Below, piece by piece: positions 1 to 9,478 of a DNA stretch of 64,000 nucleotides. The stretch lies in assembly GCA_902825985.1 (NCBI GenBank), contig CADEDC010000002.1, forward strand, positions 23,226 through 87,225. The letters are read 5' to 3'. The stretch comes from an uncultured Acidobacteriota bacterium (GTDB taxonomy: Bacteria; Acidobacteriota; Vicinamibacteria; Vicinamibacterales; CAVVIG01). A program made the translations under genes and the position numbers. Under the pieces are notes generated by a model. That model worked only from the letters and a program-made list of their open reading frames with translations, was not told the origin of the DNA and made no database searches. How positions within the stretch are numbered: position 1 is the stretch's first letter; every line of letters begins with the position of its first letter.

Positions 1-285
1 GTGCCCGAGCGTGAACAGACTGACGTACAGCAGCACGTCGGTCACCCGGTACAGGAAGAAGATCACGCCGCACAGGAACAGCAGGTGATCGTAGCCGGTC
101 ACCATGTGCTTGGCGCCGAGATACATCAGCGGTCCGATGGCGGCGCCGTCGAGGCCCTGCAGGAACACGGCATCCTTGCCGGTCACGCCATGCGCGGCCA
201 GCGGCGCCGTCGCGACCAGGATGGCGACAACGATGAGGGCGGCGGACGTCCCGCGCGCGACAGCGACACGTAAGGAACCGGTCAT
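1..285 (-). CDS. HupE/UreJ-family metal (Ni/Co) transporter, N-terminal part; the gene runs off the left edge
   Basis: Not in the ORF track as a complete ORF. Reverse translation from the ATG at 285-283 gives MTGSLRVAVARGTSAALIVVAILVATAPLAAHGVTGKDAVFLQGL...AKHMVTGYDHLLFLCGVIFF. This is a signal-like N-terminus, then His, then the GxDHLLF motif typical of HupE/UreJ. The + ORF 1..273 is its antisense shadow. Confidence 0.55.
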   Translation of the reverse strand, partial: MTGSLRVAVARGTSAALIVVAILVATAPLAAHGVTGKDAVFLQGLDGAAIGPLMYLGAKHMVTGYDHLLFLCGVIFFLYRVTDVLLYVSLFTLGH

Positions 286-294
286 CGTTCGAGC

Positions 295-795
295 CTATCG
301 CATGTACTGCTGGTGACAGCCATCGCAGCTCGTATACAGCGCGCCACCAGCGTCGAACACCCCCGGCGCACTCCGCGCGGCAACGGCTGCCAGCGTCTGC
401 CGGGCCCCATCCACCATCCCCTGGGCCATCCGCGTCCAGTCCTGGCGGTCGACGGCTCGCCCGTCGGCCATGAGCAGCCGGCCGGCTTCCGCCAGCGCCG
501 CGGCGGCTGCTCCGACTGCCTCCCACTCGGCGGCGGTGGACGGCGCCTTCTCCTCGGTCCCCTCCTTGGTCACCGTCGTGCTGACCGATTCGAAGACGAC
601 GACCGCGGCCGGCTCGACGACACCGAGCATCAACTGGCGCACGGTCGCGATCGGCGGCGTCGCCGCCGCCGGACGGGCCGCTGCCGGCGCCTGGCGCGCC
701 GCCCGTGCACCGACGACGACAAAGCCGATACCGATCACGAAGAGCGCTGCGCCGACCGCGAACAGCCATTCGGCGGCACGCATGACTACCCCCAC
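295..795 (-). CDS. Class II (cytochrome c'/c556-like) c-type cytochrome with N-terminal membrane anchor or signal
   Basis: 166 aa. Hydrophobic N-terminus (WLFAVGAALFVIGIGFVVVGA) and an Ala-rich helical body. A single CxxCH heme motif (CDGCH) lies a few residues from the C-terminus, which is the class II cytochrome c layout. Confidence 0.6.
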   Translation of the reverse strand: MGVVMRAAEWLFAVGAALFVIGIGFVVVGARAARQAPAAARPAAATPPIATVRQLMLGVVEPAAVVVFESVSTTVTKEGTEEKAPSTAAEWEAVGAAAAALAEAGRLLMADGRAVDRQDWTRMAQGMVDGARQTLAAVAARSAPGVFDAGGALYTSCDGCHQQYMR

Positions 796-1033
796 ATCCT
801 GGTGCGGCCGGCGGCACGGTCACAGTCCTTCGCGCCAACCCGGCCGGCCACCGATTCACCTCCGCCAGATGTCGGATTTCCGACGCCCGGCGACATCACC
901 TTGCCGGAACCCCTGACCGGAACCGCGCGCCTTCCCTGGCGTCGAGCCGGGCGGCGCGCCGCCGACCGGGTCCCATCGCCGCGGTACGTAACATGCTACA
1001 TCCTACGGCGCACCGTGCTCTTCGAATCCCGTC

Positions 1034-2710
1034 GTGCGCCGCGTCATCCAGACGCCGGTTGCCGGTGACGAAAGAGGTCTTGTGAGCGGAAGCGGCGACG
1101 AACACGACCGCCCAGTGACCGCCGACACCGGCCGGCGCGAGGGTCCGTCGGAGGAATCCGGACACGTCGGTTCGACCCTGACGGCATCCTGCGACGCGCT
1201 GCTTCACGACATTGCATCGACGACCAATCAGGTCATCTGGATCTGGGACGCGCACTCCGGCGCCATGCGATACGTCAGCCGGTCGTACGCCTCGGTCTGG
1301 CAGCGGCCCGACGAACCGGCGCCGCAAACGATTGCGGCCCTGAGCGAAACCATCCATCCGGTCGACCGCGGTCGCGTGCGGCAATCGCACCAACGTTCGC
1401 TCGAGACCGGCGGATCTGTCGAGTGCTACCGTATCACCACCCGGGAAGGCTCGGTGCGCTGGATTCACGAGCGTGCGTCGGTCATGCGCGACGCCGACGG
1501 CCGGCCGCTGCTGGTCATCGGCATCGCCGAGGACATCACCGAGCGGCGGCAGCTCGAGGAGCAGCTGCGTCAGGCGCAGAAAATGGAGTCGATGGGCCAG
1601 CTGGCGAGCGGCGTCGCCCACGACTTCAACAACTGGCTGACCGTCATCATCGGCTACGTCGAACTGCTCGGCAATGCCCTGCCGGCGGAGAGCCCGTCGG
1701 CCAAGTACGTGGCCGAGATTCGCCGCGCCAGCGAACGTGCCAGCGGCCTCACCCGACAGCTGCTCGCGTTCAGCCGGAAGGAACGCATCGACCCGCAGGT
1801 CGTCAACTTCAACAGCCTGGTCGCCGACACGCAGCGGATGCTGCGCCGCCTCCTCGGCGACGACATCATCCTCGAATCGCGACTGGCACCCGGAGTCGGA
1901 CGGGTCAAGGTCGATCCGACGCAGTGGGTGCAGGTGCTGACGAACCTGGCCGTCAATGCGCGGGACGCGATGCCGACCGGCGGCCGGCTCACGATCACCA
2001 CCGACGCGGTCACGGCAGATGCGTCGCGGCTGGCACGCCACCCGGGGGCCGCACCCGGACGCTTCGTCTGCCTCTCGGTGGCCGATTCGGGCTGCGGCAT
2101 GACGCGCGACGTCGTCGATCGCGTGTTCGAGCCGTTCTTCACGACCAAGCCGGCCGGCAAGGGCACCGGCCTGGGGCTCACCCTGGTCTACGGAGTGGTC
2201 GACGGAGCCGGCGGATTCGTCGAGGTCGAGAGCGATGCGGGCCGTGGCACGACCTTCAGCCTCTACATCCCGGAGGTGCAGGACCCGGCCGAAGCGACAG
2301 TCACCCAGACCACCCCTCAGTCCGGTGGCGGCGAGAGCATCCTCGTCGTCGACGACGAGCCGAGCCTGCGCGACGTCGCCTGCTTCACGCTTCGCGGTTA
2401 CGGCTACCGGGTGTTCCAGGCCAGCGACGGCGTCGAGGCCCTTCGGGTGCTGGACGACCACGGTCCGGAGATTGACATCCTCTTCACCGACGTCGTGATG
2501 CCGGGCAAGGGCGGGCGTGAGATCGTCGAGGCGGTCACCTCGTCGTGGCCGCACATCCGCGTCATCTACACCAGCGGGTATACCGACGATGCGATGGTGC
2601 GATACGGCATCGCCCACAATGAGTTCGCGTTCCTGCCGAAGCCGTATACGCCGAAGGGCCTGCTCTCTACCATCCACCGCGTGCTGCAGTCCGCTGGTGG
2701 CGCGACCTGA
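1034..2710 (+). CDS. PAS-domain hybrid sensor histidine kinase (PAS-HisKA-HATPase-REC)
   Basis: 558 aa. PAS-like segment (IWIWDAHSGAMRYVS...ITERRQLEEQL), H-box SGVAHDFNNWLTVIIGY, ATPase motifs (NLAVNARDAM, DSGCGM, GKGTGLGL) and a C-terminal receiver (ILVVDDEPSLRD...DILFTDVVMPG...KP). Confidence 0.9.
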   Translation: MRRVIQTPVAGDERGLVSGSGDEHDRPVTADTGRREGPSEESGHVGSTLTASCDALLHDIASTTNQVIWIWDAHSGAMRYVSRSYASVWQRPDEPAPQTIAALSETIHPVDRGRVRQSHQRSLETGGSVECYRITTREGSVRWIHERASVMRDADGRPLLVIGIAEDITERRQLEEQLRQAQKMESMGQLASGVAHDFNNWLTVIIGYVELLGNALPAESPSAKYVAEIRRASERASGLTRQLLAFSRKERIDPQVVNFNSLVADTQRMLRRLLGDDIILESRLAPGVGRVKVDPTQWVQVLTNLAVNARDAMPTGGRLTITTDAVTADASRLARHPGAAPGRFVCLSVADSGCGMTRDVVDRVFEPFFTTKPAGKGTGLGLTLVYGVVDGAGGFVEVESDAGRGTTFSLYIPEVQDPAEATVTQTTPQSGGGESILVVDDEPSLRDVACFTLRGYGYRVFQASDGVEALRVLDDHGPEIDILFTDVVMPGKGGREIVEAVTSSWPHIRVIYTSGYTDDAMVRYGIAHNEFAFLPKPYTPKGLLSTIHRVLQSAGGAT

Positions 2711-2762
2711 CCCACCGAAGGCCAACCCGTCGCATCGATCGCCTCGGCAGAGGCCCGTGCGG

Positions 2763-3305
2763 TCAGTACTGGAGCACGGTGTGCAGCGGCTCGGCCCCGA
2801 GTCTGGCACGTCCGTTGAGGAACGTCAGTTCGATGAGACAGGCGACGGCGACGACCTCGCCGCCGAGCTGCCGAACGAGGTTACAGGTCGCTTGCGCGGT
2901 GCCGCCGGTCGCCAGCAGGTCGTCGACGATCAGCACGCGCTGGCCGCGGGCGACGCCGTCGTGGTGGATCTCGAGCGCATCGGAGCCGTACTCCAGATCG
3001 TAGGATGCGCGCATGGTCTTCGACGGCAGCTTCCCCGGTTTGCGGACTGGCGAGAAACCGGCGCCAATCCGGTCAGCCACCGCCGAACCGAGGATGAACC
3101 CGCGGCTCTCGATACCGACCACCACCTCGATGCCGCGGCCGGCGAACGGCAGCGCCAGGCTGTCGATCGCCATCCGGAAGCCGGCCGCGTCCTGGAGCAG
3201 GGTCGTGATGTCGTAGAAGAGGATGCCCGGCTTGGGGAAATCTGGGACGCTGCGGATGCGGCTCTTGAGCGCCTCCGGGTCGATCGTCATCGGCTGTCCT
3301 GTCAC
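2763..3305 (-). CDS. apt: Adenine phosphoribosyltransferase
   Basis: 180 aa. DFPKPGILFYDIT, GIESRGFILG and the PRPP-binding motif VLIVDDLLATGGT are all characteristic of Apt. Confidence 0.95.
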   Translation of the reverse strand: MTGQPMTIDPEALKSRIRSVPDFPKPGILFYDITTLLQDAAGFRMAIDSLALPFAGRGIEVVVGIESRGFILGSAVADRIGAGFSPVRKPGKLPSKTMRASYDLEYGSDALEIHHDGVARGQRVLIVDDLLATGGTAQATCNLVRQLGGEVVAVACLIELTFLNGRARLGAEPLHTVLQY

Positions 3306-3577
3306 TCTCGCACCTCGAAGCCGGCGCTGCGGCCGCCGGCCCCCATATCGGTTACATCAACCTGCTCCACACGGGCGGCAGGCGGTCCCTGCCAGAGACG
3401 CCGTTCGAAGCGCTCGAGCGCCTCTGCGTCCCCTTCCGCCGAGACGTCCACGCCGCCGTCCGGCCGGTTGCGGACCCAGCCGTGGATGCCCTCGCGCATC
3501 GCGGCAGCCTGGGTGAACGCCCGGTAGCCGACCCGCTGGACGCGGCCGCTGACGACATAGTGACGGCCCAGACGCAT
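3302..3577 (-). CDS. acyP: Acylphosphatase
   Basis: Only the last 91 aa of the 1572-aa ORF 3302..8020 look real: MRLGRHYVVSGRVQRVGYRAFT...GIHGWVRNRPDGGVDV. This contains the acylphosphatase signature V.G.VQGVGFR...GWV.N. ATG at 3577. The stop overlaps the apt start (ATGA at 3302-3305). Confidence 0.85.
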   Translation of the reverse strand: MRLGRHYVVSGRVQRVGYRAFTQAAAMREGIHGWVRNRPDGGVDVSAEGDAEALERFERRLWQGPPAARVEQVDVTDMGAGGRSAGFEVRE

Positions 3578-3725
3578 AGGCAGGAGTTCCGGGATTATAG
3601 CCCGCACGGCACGGACGCCGTGCGACCGGTCCCGCCGATGTCGGGCCGCGTCGCACGTGAGATACAGTTTTGCGCACGCCGACGCGTTTGCCGCGCCACT
3701 CGAGACGCATTCGACGGCGGCTGAG

Positions 3726-3754
3726 TTGGTGTTCGTGCCGCGACACCATACAAT
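3726..3754 (+). promoter_or_regulatory. Possible sigma-70-type promoter (TTGGTG-N17-TACAAT) upstream of the orphan receiver gene
   Basis: TACAAT at 3749-3754 is a rare AT hexamer in this GC-rich DNA. TTGGTG lies 17 nt upstream, inside the 258-bp gap between acyP and the receiver gene. Confidence 0.25.
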
Positions 3755-3835
3755 CGCGACACGGTGGGATGGCCAGCGGCCTGCTGCAGCGTGACGGACA
3801 CGGTGTACGTGCCGTGGTTGTAGCCCACCATCGAC

Positions 3836-4234
3836 ATGATGCCTGACCCGCACCGGACGCGCGCGACTGCACACTGCCCGATTCTCATCGTCGAGGACGA
3901 CGCCGATCTCCGAGAGATGATGGCGCAGTTGCTGACGCTCGAAGGCTACAAGGCTGAGACCGTCGCCAACGGCCGCGACGCCCTCGAGTATCTCCATCAG
4001 GGCGACCCGCCGGATCTGATCCTGTTGGATCTCATGATGCCGATCATGGACGGCTGGGAGTTCCGCCGCCGGCAGCGGGAAGATCCGGCCCTGGCGTCGG
4101 TTCCCGTCGTCGTTCTCTCGGCCCTCGATCAGACGCGGGCCGCCGACCTGGGCGGCACCGCGTTCCTGAAGAAGCCGCTCGATTTCGACCGTCTCCTCGA
4201 ACTCGTCCGCCAGCACTGCCGCGACCCGCGCTGA
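3836..4234 (+). CDS. Single-domain response regulator (receiver only)
   Basis: 132 aa. ILIVEDDADLRE...DLILLDLMMPIMDG...VVVLSA...KKP carries the receiver acidic pocket, phospho-Asp and conserved Lys. Confidence 0.9.
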   Translation: MMPDPHRTRATAHCPILIVEDDADLREMMAQLLTLEGYKAETVANGRDALEYLHQGDPPDLILLDLMMPIMDGWEFRRRQREDPALASVPVVVLSALDQTRAADLGGTAFLKKPLDFDRLLELVRQHCRDPR

Positions 4235-4294
4235 CCCGTCCGCCAGAACCGGGTCGCAGCGACACGGTCGCGTTGATAACATGCCCTCAGGCGG

Positions 4295-7200
4295 ATGCGA
4301 GTGACCCCACGACGAATCGTCCGGATGCTCGGCCGGGTCCTCGTGTCGACACTCGCCCTGCTGCTGGCGGCGATCGTCATCGGCGGCCTCGCACTCCAGT
4401 CGTCGTGGGGCAAGGAACGGATCCGTCGGCTCATTGTCTCGCAGGCCGCCCGGGTGCTCAACGGCACGCTCGACATCGGCCGGATCGACGGGTCGATCCT
4501 CGGCGGCATCACGCTCGTCGACGTTCGACTGCAACAGGACGACGTCGCGGTCATCCGTATCGCTCGCGCCGAGGTGGACTACGGCATTCGCGAGCTCTAT
4601 CAGGGCGGGACCTTCATTCGCCGCCTGCGCCTCGAACGCCTGCACGTCGTCGGCGCGAAGGACCGCGCCGGCCGCTGGAACCTCGGGCAGCTGATACGGC
4701 CGCGGCCACCGCGTCCACCAAGCGGCGCTCCGCCGCGTCTGATTGGCTTCGATCGCGTCGAACTGGTGGACGCGACCGTCGAGTTCGCGGACCCGCTGTT
4801 CTTCGGGGCGGCGCGGGTGTCCAGCCGCTTCGATGATCTCGACGCCGTCTTCGCCTTCGAACTGCGAGGCCCGGCCTGGAGCCTGTCGTTCGACCGCGCA
4901 TCGTGGACCGGCCGGGATCCGGATCTGACGATCGGACGATTGGCCGGTGGGATCGCGACCGACGCGACCGGGTGGACGTTCACCCAGTTGCGCGTGGAAT
5001 CGGCACGCAGCGCCTTCACGGTCGATGGCGCCGTGCGCCGGCAACCGGCGCCGACCGTTCTCGCTCTGGAGGTCGCCGCCGATCGCTTCGCGTTCCAGGA
5101 ATGGGGCGGCATGCTCGGCGGTCTGCGCAACATCGCGGTGGAAGCGGCATTCACCACCCACCTCGACGGCCCGCTCGGCCGGCTCGCGACGACGCTCGAT
5201 CTCCGGTCGACGGGCGGCGCCGTCCGTGGCGACTTCGTGCTCGACAGCACGGTGCCCGGCTGGCATGGCTCGGGCACCGCGGACGTCACGCGCCTCGACG
5301 TCGCGCACTGGTTCAATCGACCGGACCGCCGGTCGGATGTCACGGGTCGGATCGAATTCGACCTCGACCTCGACCTCGGCCGCCGCTTCCCGCGCGGCAC
5401 CTATCGGTTCAGCGGCCGCCATGCCGCCTACATCGGTTACGAGGCGGACAACGTCATCGCCGCCGGGACGTTGACGGCCACCGAGGCGGTGATTGCCGCG
5501 GCCACGGCGACCGCGTACGGCGCGGACGTCCGGGTGCGCTCGGGCGCCATCGCCATCGACGCCCCGTACCGGTATCGCTTCGCCGGGCGGGCGGCAGGGC
5601 TCGATCTGCGCCGCGTGCCCCGCGAGGTGCCGGTGCCGCACGTCGACAGCACGCTGGTGCTCGATTACGACGTGCACGGCCAGTTCGCGCCCGGCTACAT
5701 CATCGGCGAGGCGACGTTCGGATCGTCCGAGTTCCTCGGCGCCCAGATCGCGGCCGGCGCATTCGGCTCGATCGATACCTCGGCGACGCCGGTCCATTAC
5801 AGCGGCGAGGGGACGATGACCGGCATCAGCCTCCGCCGGTTCGGCGACGGGCTGGACGTCGCCTGGATGCGGGAGGCGCGCTACGACGGAATCATCGCCG
5901 GACGGTTTCATGTCGACGCGACCGGATCCGGTGCGGCCGGCCTGGTGCTGGACGGCGGCGGTCGCCTGTCGCAGGCGCACATCTTCCAGGGACGGCTGCA
6001 TGACGCCGACGTCACCGTCCACCTCGAGGACGGCTCGCTCCGCGGTTCGTACGACGGCGCGTTCGAGCGGATCAATCCCGCACGCGCGACCGGCGACGAC
6101 CGCCTGGTCGCCTCGCTGACCGGCGCCGGTCGGGCGACTTTCGCCGTGGCCGGTCTGCTGACCCGTGCGGTGGCGCTGGCCGACTACAGCGTGGCGGCGA
6201 CGGCGACGCTGCGCGATTCGGTGATCCGCATGGTCGACGTCGATCGCGCGGCGGTGGAGTTCGGACTCGCCGATGAGGTGCTGACGCTCACCACGCTCGA
6301 CCTCCGCGGCCCGCTGCTCGAGGCCACCGCCCGCGGCGTCGTGCCGCTCGACGACGTCCGCAGTTCGGACGTCGACTTCGATCTGTTGCGTGGCGACCTC
6401 GCGCTGGTGCGCCAGTCGGCCGGCGGCCGACTGGCCGGCGCCGTCACCAGCCAGGGGCACCTCAGCGGCCCCCTCAGCGAGCTGCGGGTCACCGGCGACG
6501 CCCGGATCTCGCGCCTGACCGCCGCTGGCCTCGAGATCTTGACCGGTGGCGCCGCCTACGATGCGACGCTGCGGCCGGCTCACCTGGAGCAGACCGTGGC
6601 GCGGGTGTCTGGAACCGTCGGGCCGCTCACGATCAGCGGCCAGGCGATCAATGAGATCTCCGGCAATGCGGCGCTCGACGGCCAGCGGCTCACCATCGAC
6701 CTGCGCGGCACCCGCGCCGGCGGGCTCAACGGCAGCGTCGGCATGGTGCTGCGCGTCAGCACGGCGGCCCGGCAGATCGATGTCTCGGCCCTCGACGTCG
6801 TGGTGCAGGATGTCGCCTGGCGCGCCGCCGTCGCGACGCCGCCGGGCCTGCGCTGGGATGACGACGGTGTCACCATTCGCGAATTGATCCTCACCGACGT
6901 GGCGACCGCGGCACAGCGCGTCACGATATCCGGCGAATGGCGGTCCGGCACGACATCCGGGCTGCGCGTGCGGGCGGCGGCGGTGGACATCGACAACGTC
7001 TCCGGCGCATTCGCGCAGCCGCCGCGCTACGGCGGGCGCCTGAACGCCGATGCCGTCATCCGGCCGGCGAGCGGCGCCGGCAACGCGATCGTCACCGGCA
7101 CGTTCACGGTCACCGATGGGCGCATCAGACGGCTTGCCTACGATCGCCTGGCCGCCACCATCGGCTACGACGACGGGCAGTTCGCCGTCGATGCCCGCCT

Positions 7201-8674
7201 GGATCAGCGGCCCGGCGTCTGGATCACCGCGCAGGGCCGCGTGCCGCTCGGCGTCCTGGTCGACGGCCAGCCGGATCTCCCGATGCAGCTGGCGATCGCG
7301 TCCAGCCAGATCGACGTCGGCATCCTCGAAGGTCTCACCGACACGGTGCGTGACGTGCGCGGCACGATGCAGCTGCAGGTCGACGTCGTCGGCACGGCGA
7401 ACGATCCGCATTTCGACGGGTTCGTCGACATCACGAACGCCGGCTTCGTCGTGAGCCGGACCGGGGCGGCCTACCAGAACACGCGGATGGCGGTGGCCCT
7501 GGCGCGCGATCAGGTCACCGTCAAGGCGTTGCATGTCGAGGACCGTCGCGGCCACGCCCTCGACGTCACCGGCAGTCTCGCGACGCACGAACTGCGCGTC
7601 GGCGACTTCGCGGTGACCGCCCGGGCCCGCCAGTTCGAGGTCATGCGCAACGAGTTCGGCACCACCGAAGTGGACGCCGACCTGGATCTGCAGGGACGCT
7701 TCGAGTCGCCGCGGCTCGCCGGGACGATTGCCATCACCGGCGGCGATCTGAACGTCGACGAGATCCTCGATCGCGCGCTGCTCCGCCCCTATGCGACCGA
7801 GGCGGCCGCGCCGGCCGCGGCAGACAGCGGCATCGAAGTCGATCCGCTGGTCGTGCTCAATCCGTGGGAGCGCCTCGGCATCGACCTGACCGTCAGCACG
7901 CGCGGCACGCTGCGCATGGTCGGCGACAACGTCCAGGTGTCCACCGGCACGCCGCTCGGCCTCGGCAACGTGAACGTCCGCGCCTACGGCGAGGTCTATC
8001 TCTACAAGGATCCGGCGCAACCGCTGTTCGTCACCGGCTCGCTCGACTCGTTGACCGGCACCTACGCGTTCCAGGGACGCCGCTTCGACCTCGATCCCGC
8101 CAGTTCGATCAACTTCCGCGGCGATCTCAACCCGGAGCTCTACGTCACCGTGCGCCGCACCATCTCGGCCGTCGAGACCCGCGTCTCGATTGTCGGTCCG
8201 CTCACCGAGCCGGAGCTGCGGCTGTCGAGCACGCCGGCGCTCGACGACTCGAACATACTGGCGCTGATCGTCTTCAACACGACGCTGAACGAGCTGAACG
8301 CAGTGCAGCAGCAGGAACTGGCGGTGCGCGCCGGCACGCTGGCCGCCGGCTTCCTCGCGACGCCACTGGTCACGGCGCTGGAACGGTCGCTCGGCCTCGA
8401 CATCCTCGAGATCGAACTCCAGCCGAGCGGCGCCGCCGGGACGACCGCATCCCCGCGCGTGACGGTCGGCGACGAGATCGCTCCCGGGCTGGTCGCGAGA
8501 TTCAGCCGGCAGTTTGGCGCGAACGACTACAGCGAAGCGACGATCGAGTACTACCTGTCGCGGCTGTTCCGCATCCGTGCGACCTTCTCGGACGCCGGCA
8601 TCGTCGCGCCGACCTCACGACTCCGCCGCGTCGAGCGGATTGGCATCGACCTGCTGGTCTTCTTCAGCTTCTGA
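4295..8674 (+). CDS. tamB: TamB / AsmA-family translocation and assembly module protein (C-terminal DUF490)
   Basis: 1459 aa. N-terminal signal anchor (LVSTLALLLAAIVIGGLAL). The long beta-rich body repeats the pattern 'L.G.L.I..G.I'. The C-terminus (GANDYSEATIEYYLSRLFRIRATFSD) resembles the TamB DUF490 tail. No tamA is adjacent. Confidence 0.8.
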   Translation: MRVTPRRIVRMLGRVLVSTLALLLAAIVIGGLALQSSWGKERIRRLIVSQAARVLNGTLDIGRIDGSILGGITLVDVRLQQDDVAVIRIARAEVDYGIRELYQGGTFIRRLRLERLHVVGAKDRAGRWNLGQLIRPRPPRPPSGAPPRLIGFDRVELVDATVEFADPLFFGAARVSSRFDDLDAVFAFELRGPAWSLSFDRASWTGRDPDLTIGRLAGGIATDATGWTFTQLRVESARSAFTVDGAVRRQPAPTVLALEVAADRFAFQEWGGMLGGLRNIAVEAAFTTHLDGPLGRLATTLDLRSTGGAVRGDFVLDSTVPGWHGSGTADVTRLDVAHWFNRPDRRSDVTGRIEFDLDLDLGRRFPRGTYRFSGRHAAYIGYEADNVIAAGTLTATEAVIAAATATAYGADVRVRSGAIAIDAPYRYRFAGRAAGLDLRRVPREVPVPHVDSTLVLDYDVHGQFAPGYIIGEATFGSSEFLGAQIAAGAFGSIDTSATPVHYSGEGTMTGISLRRFGDGLDVAWMREARYDGIIAGRFHVDATGSGAAGLVLDGGGRLSQAHIFQGRLHDADVTVHLEDGSLRGSYDGAFERINPARATGDDRLVASLTGAGRATFAVAGLLTRAVALADYSVAATATLRDSVIRMVDVDRAAVEFGLADEVLTLTTLDLRGPLLEATARGVVPLDDVRSSDVDFDLLRGDLALVRQSAGGRLAGAVTSQGHLSGPLSELRVTGDARISRLTAAGLEILTGGAAYDATLRPAHLEQTVARVSGTVGPLTISGQAINEISGNAALDGQRLTIDLRGTRAGGLNGSVGMVLRVSTAARQIDVSALDVVVQDVAWRAAVATPPGLRWDDDGVTIRELILTDVATAAQRVTISGEWRSGTTSGLRVRAAAVDIDNVSGAFAQPPRYGGRLNADAVIRPASGAGNAIVTGTFTVTDGRIRRLAYDRLAATIGYDDGQFAVDARLDQRPGVWITAQGRVPLGVLVDGQPDLPMQLAIASSQIDVGILEGLTDTVRDVRGTMQLQVDVVGTANDPHFDGFVDITNAGFVVSRTGAAYQNTRMAVALARDQVTVKALHVEDRRGHALDVTGSLATHELRVGDFAVTARARQFEVMRNEFGTTEVDADLDLQGRFESPRLAGTIAITGGDLNVDEILDRALLRPYATEAAAPAAADSGIEVDPLVVLNPWERLGIDLTVSTRGTLRMVGDNVQVSTGTPLGLGNVNVRAYGEVYLYKDPAQPLFVTGSLDSLTGTYAFQGRRFDLDPASSINFRGDLNPELYVTVRRTISAVETRVSIVGPLTEPELRLSSTPALDDSNILALIVFNTTLNELNAVQQQELAVRAGTLAAGFLATPLVTALERSLGLDILEIELQPSGAAGTTASPRVTVGDEIAPGLVARFSRQFGANDYSEATIEYYLSRLFRIRATFSDAGIVAPTSRLRRVERIGIDLLVFFSF

Positions 8675-8688
8675 GCCACGGCGCGGCG

Positions 8689-9459
8689 TCACGGCAGCGC
8701 CAGCGTCAGGTGCTGTCCCTCGCCGACGTCAATCGCCTGCTCGCTCCGATCGCGCGACGTGTAGACGATCGCCGTATAGCGGCCGGGGGCGACGCCGGAC
8801 ACTTCGAAGGCCCCGTCTGCCGCCGCCACCGCCCAGTACGGCGATGAGGTGGAGACCACCAATCCGTACATGTTCTGATGCACGTCACAGCGGACGTCCC
8901 AGGCGCTGTCCTTCCGGAAGACGTAGTCGTAGGTCACGCCCTGCTCGAGCGCGACGTTGAACGCGAGGTCGTCGGCGGCGTGCCCACGCTCGCGGACGCG
9001 GACGTTGTGCAGCGTCGGGTCGTCATTGCGGAAGTCAGCCGCCAGGCCGGTGCGGACGACTATCGCCGCTGGCGTGAAACGCCCCGCGATCTGATCCATC
9101 ATCGGACGTTCAGCCGGTGGTGGGTGCGCGTAGCGCTGGGTCGGCTCCAGCACGATGACCGCCGGCACGTCGTCGATGGGCAGCGGTGCCGTGCCGCTGA
9201 CCGTGGCGGGATGCCTGACCGCCGGCGGCGGCGGAAGACGATCGGGATCCGGCGTGGCCGCCGCCGGATCCGCCTCGATGCGGACCGCGGCCGTGGATGG
9301 CGGCGGCGCTCCCGATCGATCCGGCGATGGCGAACAACCGGCCGTGAGACCGATCGCGGCAACGAGAACCGCCGCCATGCCGGACCCGACGGTCGACCCG
9401 CACACAGGCATTCGATACACGCGCTCCACCCGCTCTCGACGCGGCCGCCTCGGCGTCAC
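8689..9459 (-). CDS. Cupredoxin-like (amicyanin-type ligand spacing) lipoprotein with C-terminal beta-sandwich (CarboxypepD_reg-like) domain
   Basis: 256 aa. Lipobox LTAGC. Putative type-1 Cu ligands: H in FRNDDPTLHNV, and C-x2-H-x2-M in CDVHQNM. C-terminal AADGAFEVSGVAPGRYTAIVY. Paralog of the next gene. Confidence 0.6.
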   Translation of the reverse strand: MTPRRPRRERVERVYRMPVCGSTVGSGMAAVLVAAIGLTAGCSPSPDRSGAPPPSTAAVRIEADPAAATPDPDRLPPPPAVRHPATVSGTAPLPIDDVPAVIVLEPTQRYAHPPPAERPMMDQIAGRFTPAAIVVRTGLAADFRNDDPTLHNVRVRERGHAADDLAFNVALEQGVTYDYVFRKDSAWDVRCDVHQNMYGLVVSTSSPYWAVAAADGAFEVSGVAPGRYTAIVYTSRDRSEQAIDVGEGQHLTLALP

Positions 9460-9478
9460 AGCACCGGGTCGATCGCCG

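Noticed and set aside
3302-8020. A 1572-aa ORF on the minus strand spanning the whole tamB region.
   Set aside because: Only the last 91 aa (acylphosphatase) look like protein. The rest is Arg/Ala/Gly/Asp/His-rich low complexity lying antisense to a clear TamB homolog. This is the typical open-frame artefact of very GC-rich DNA.
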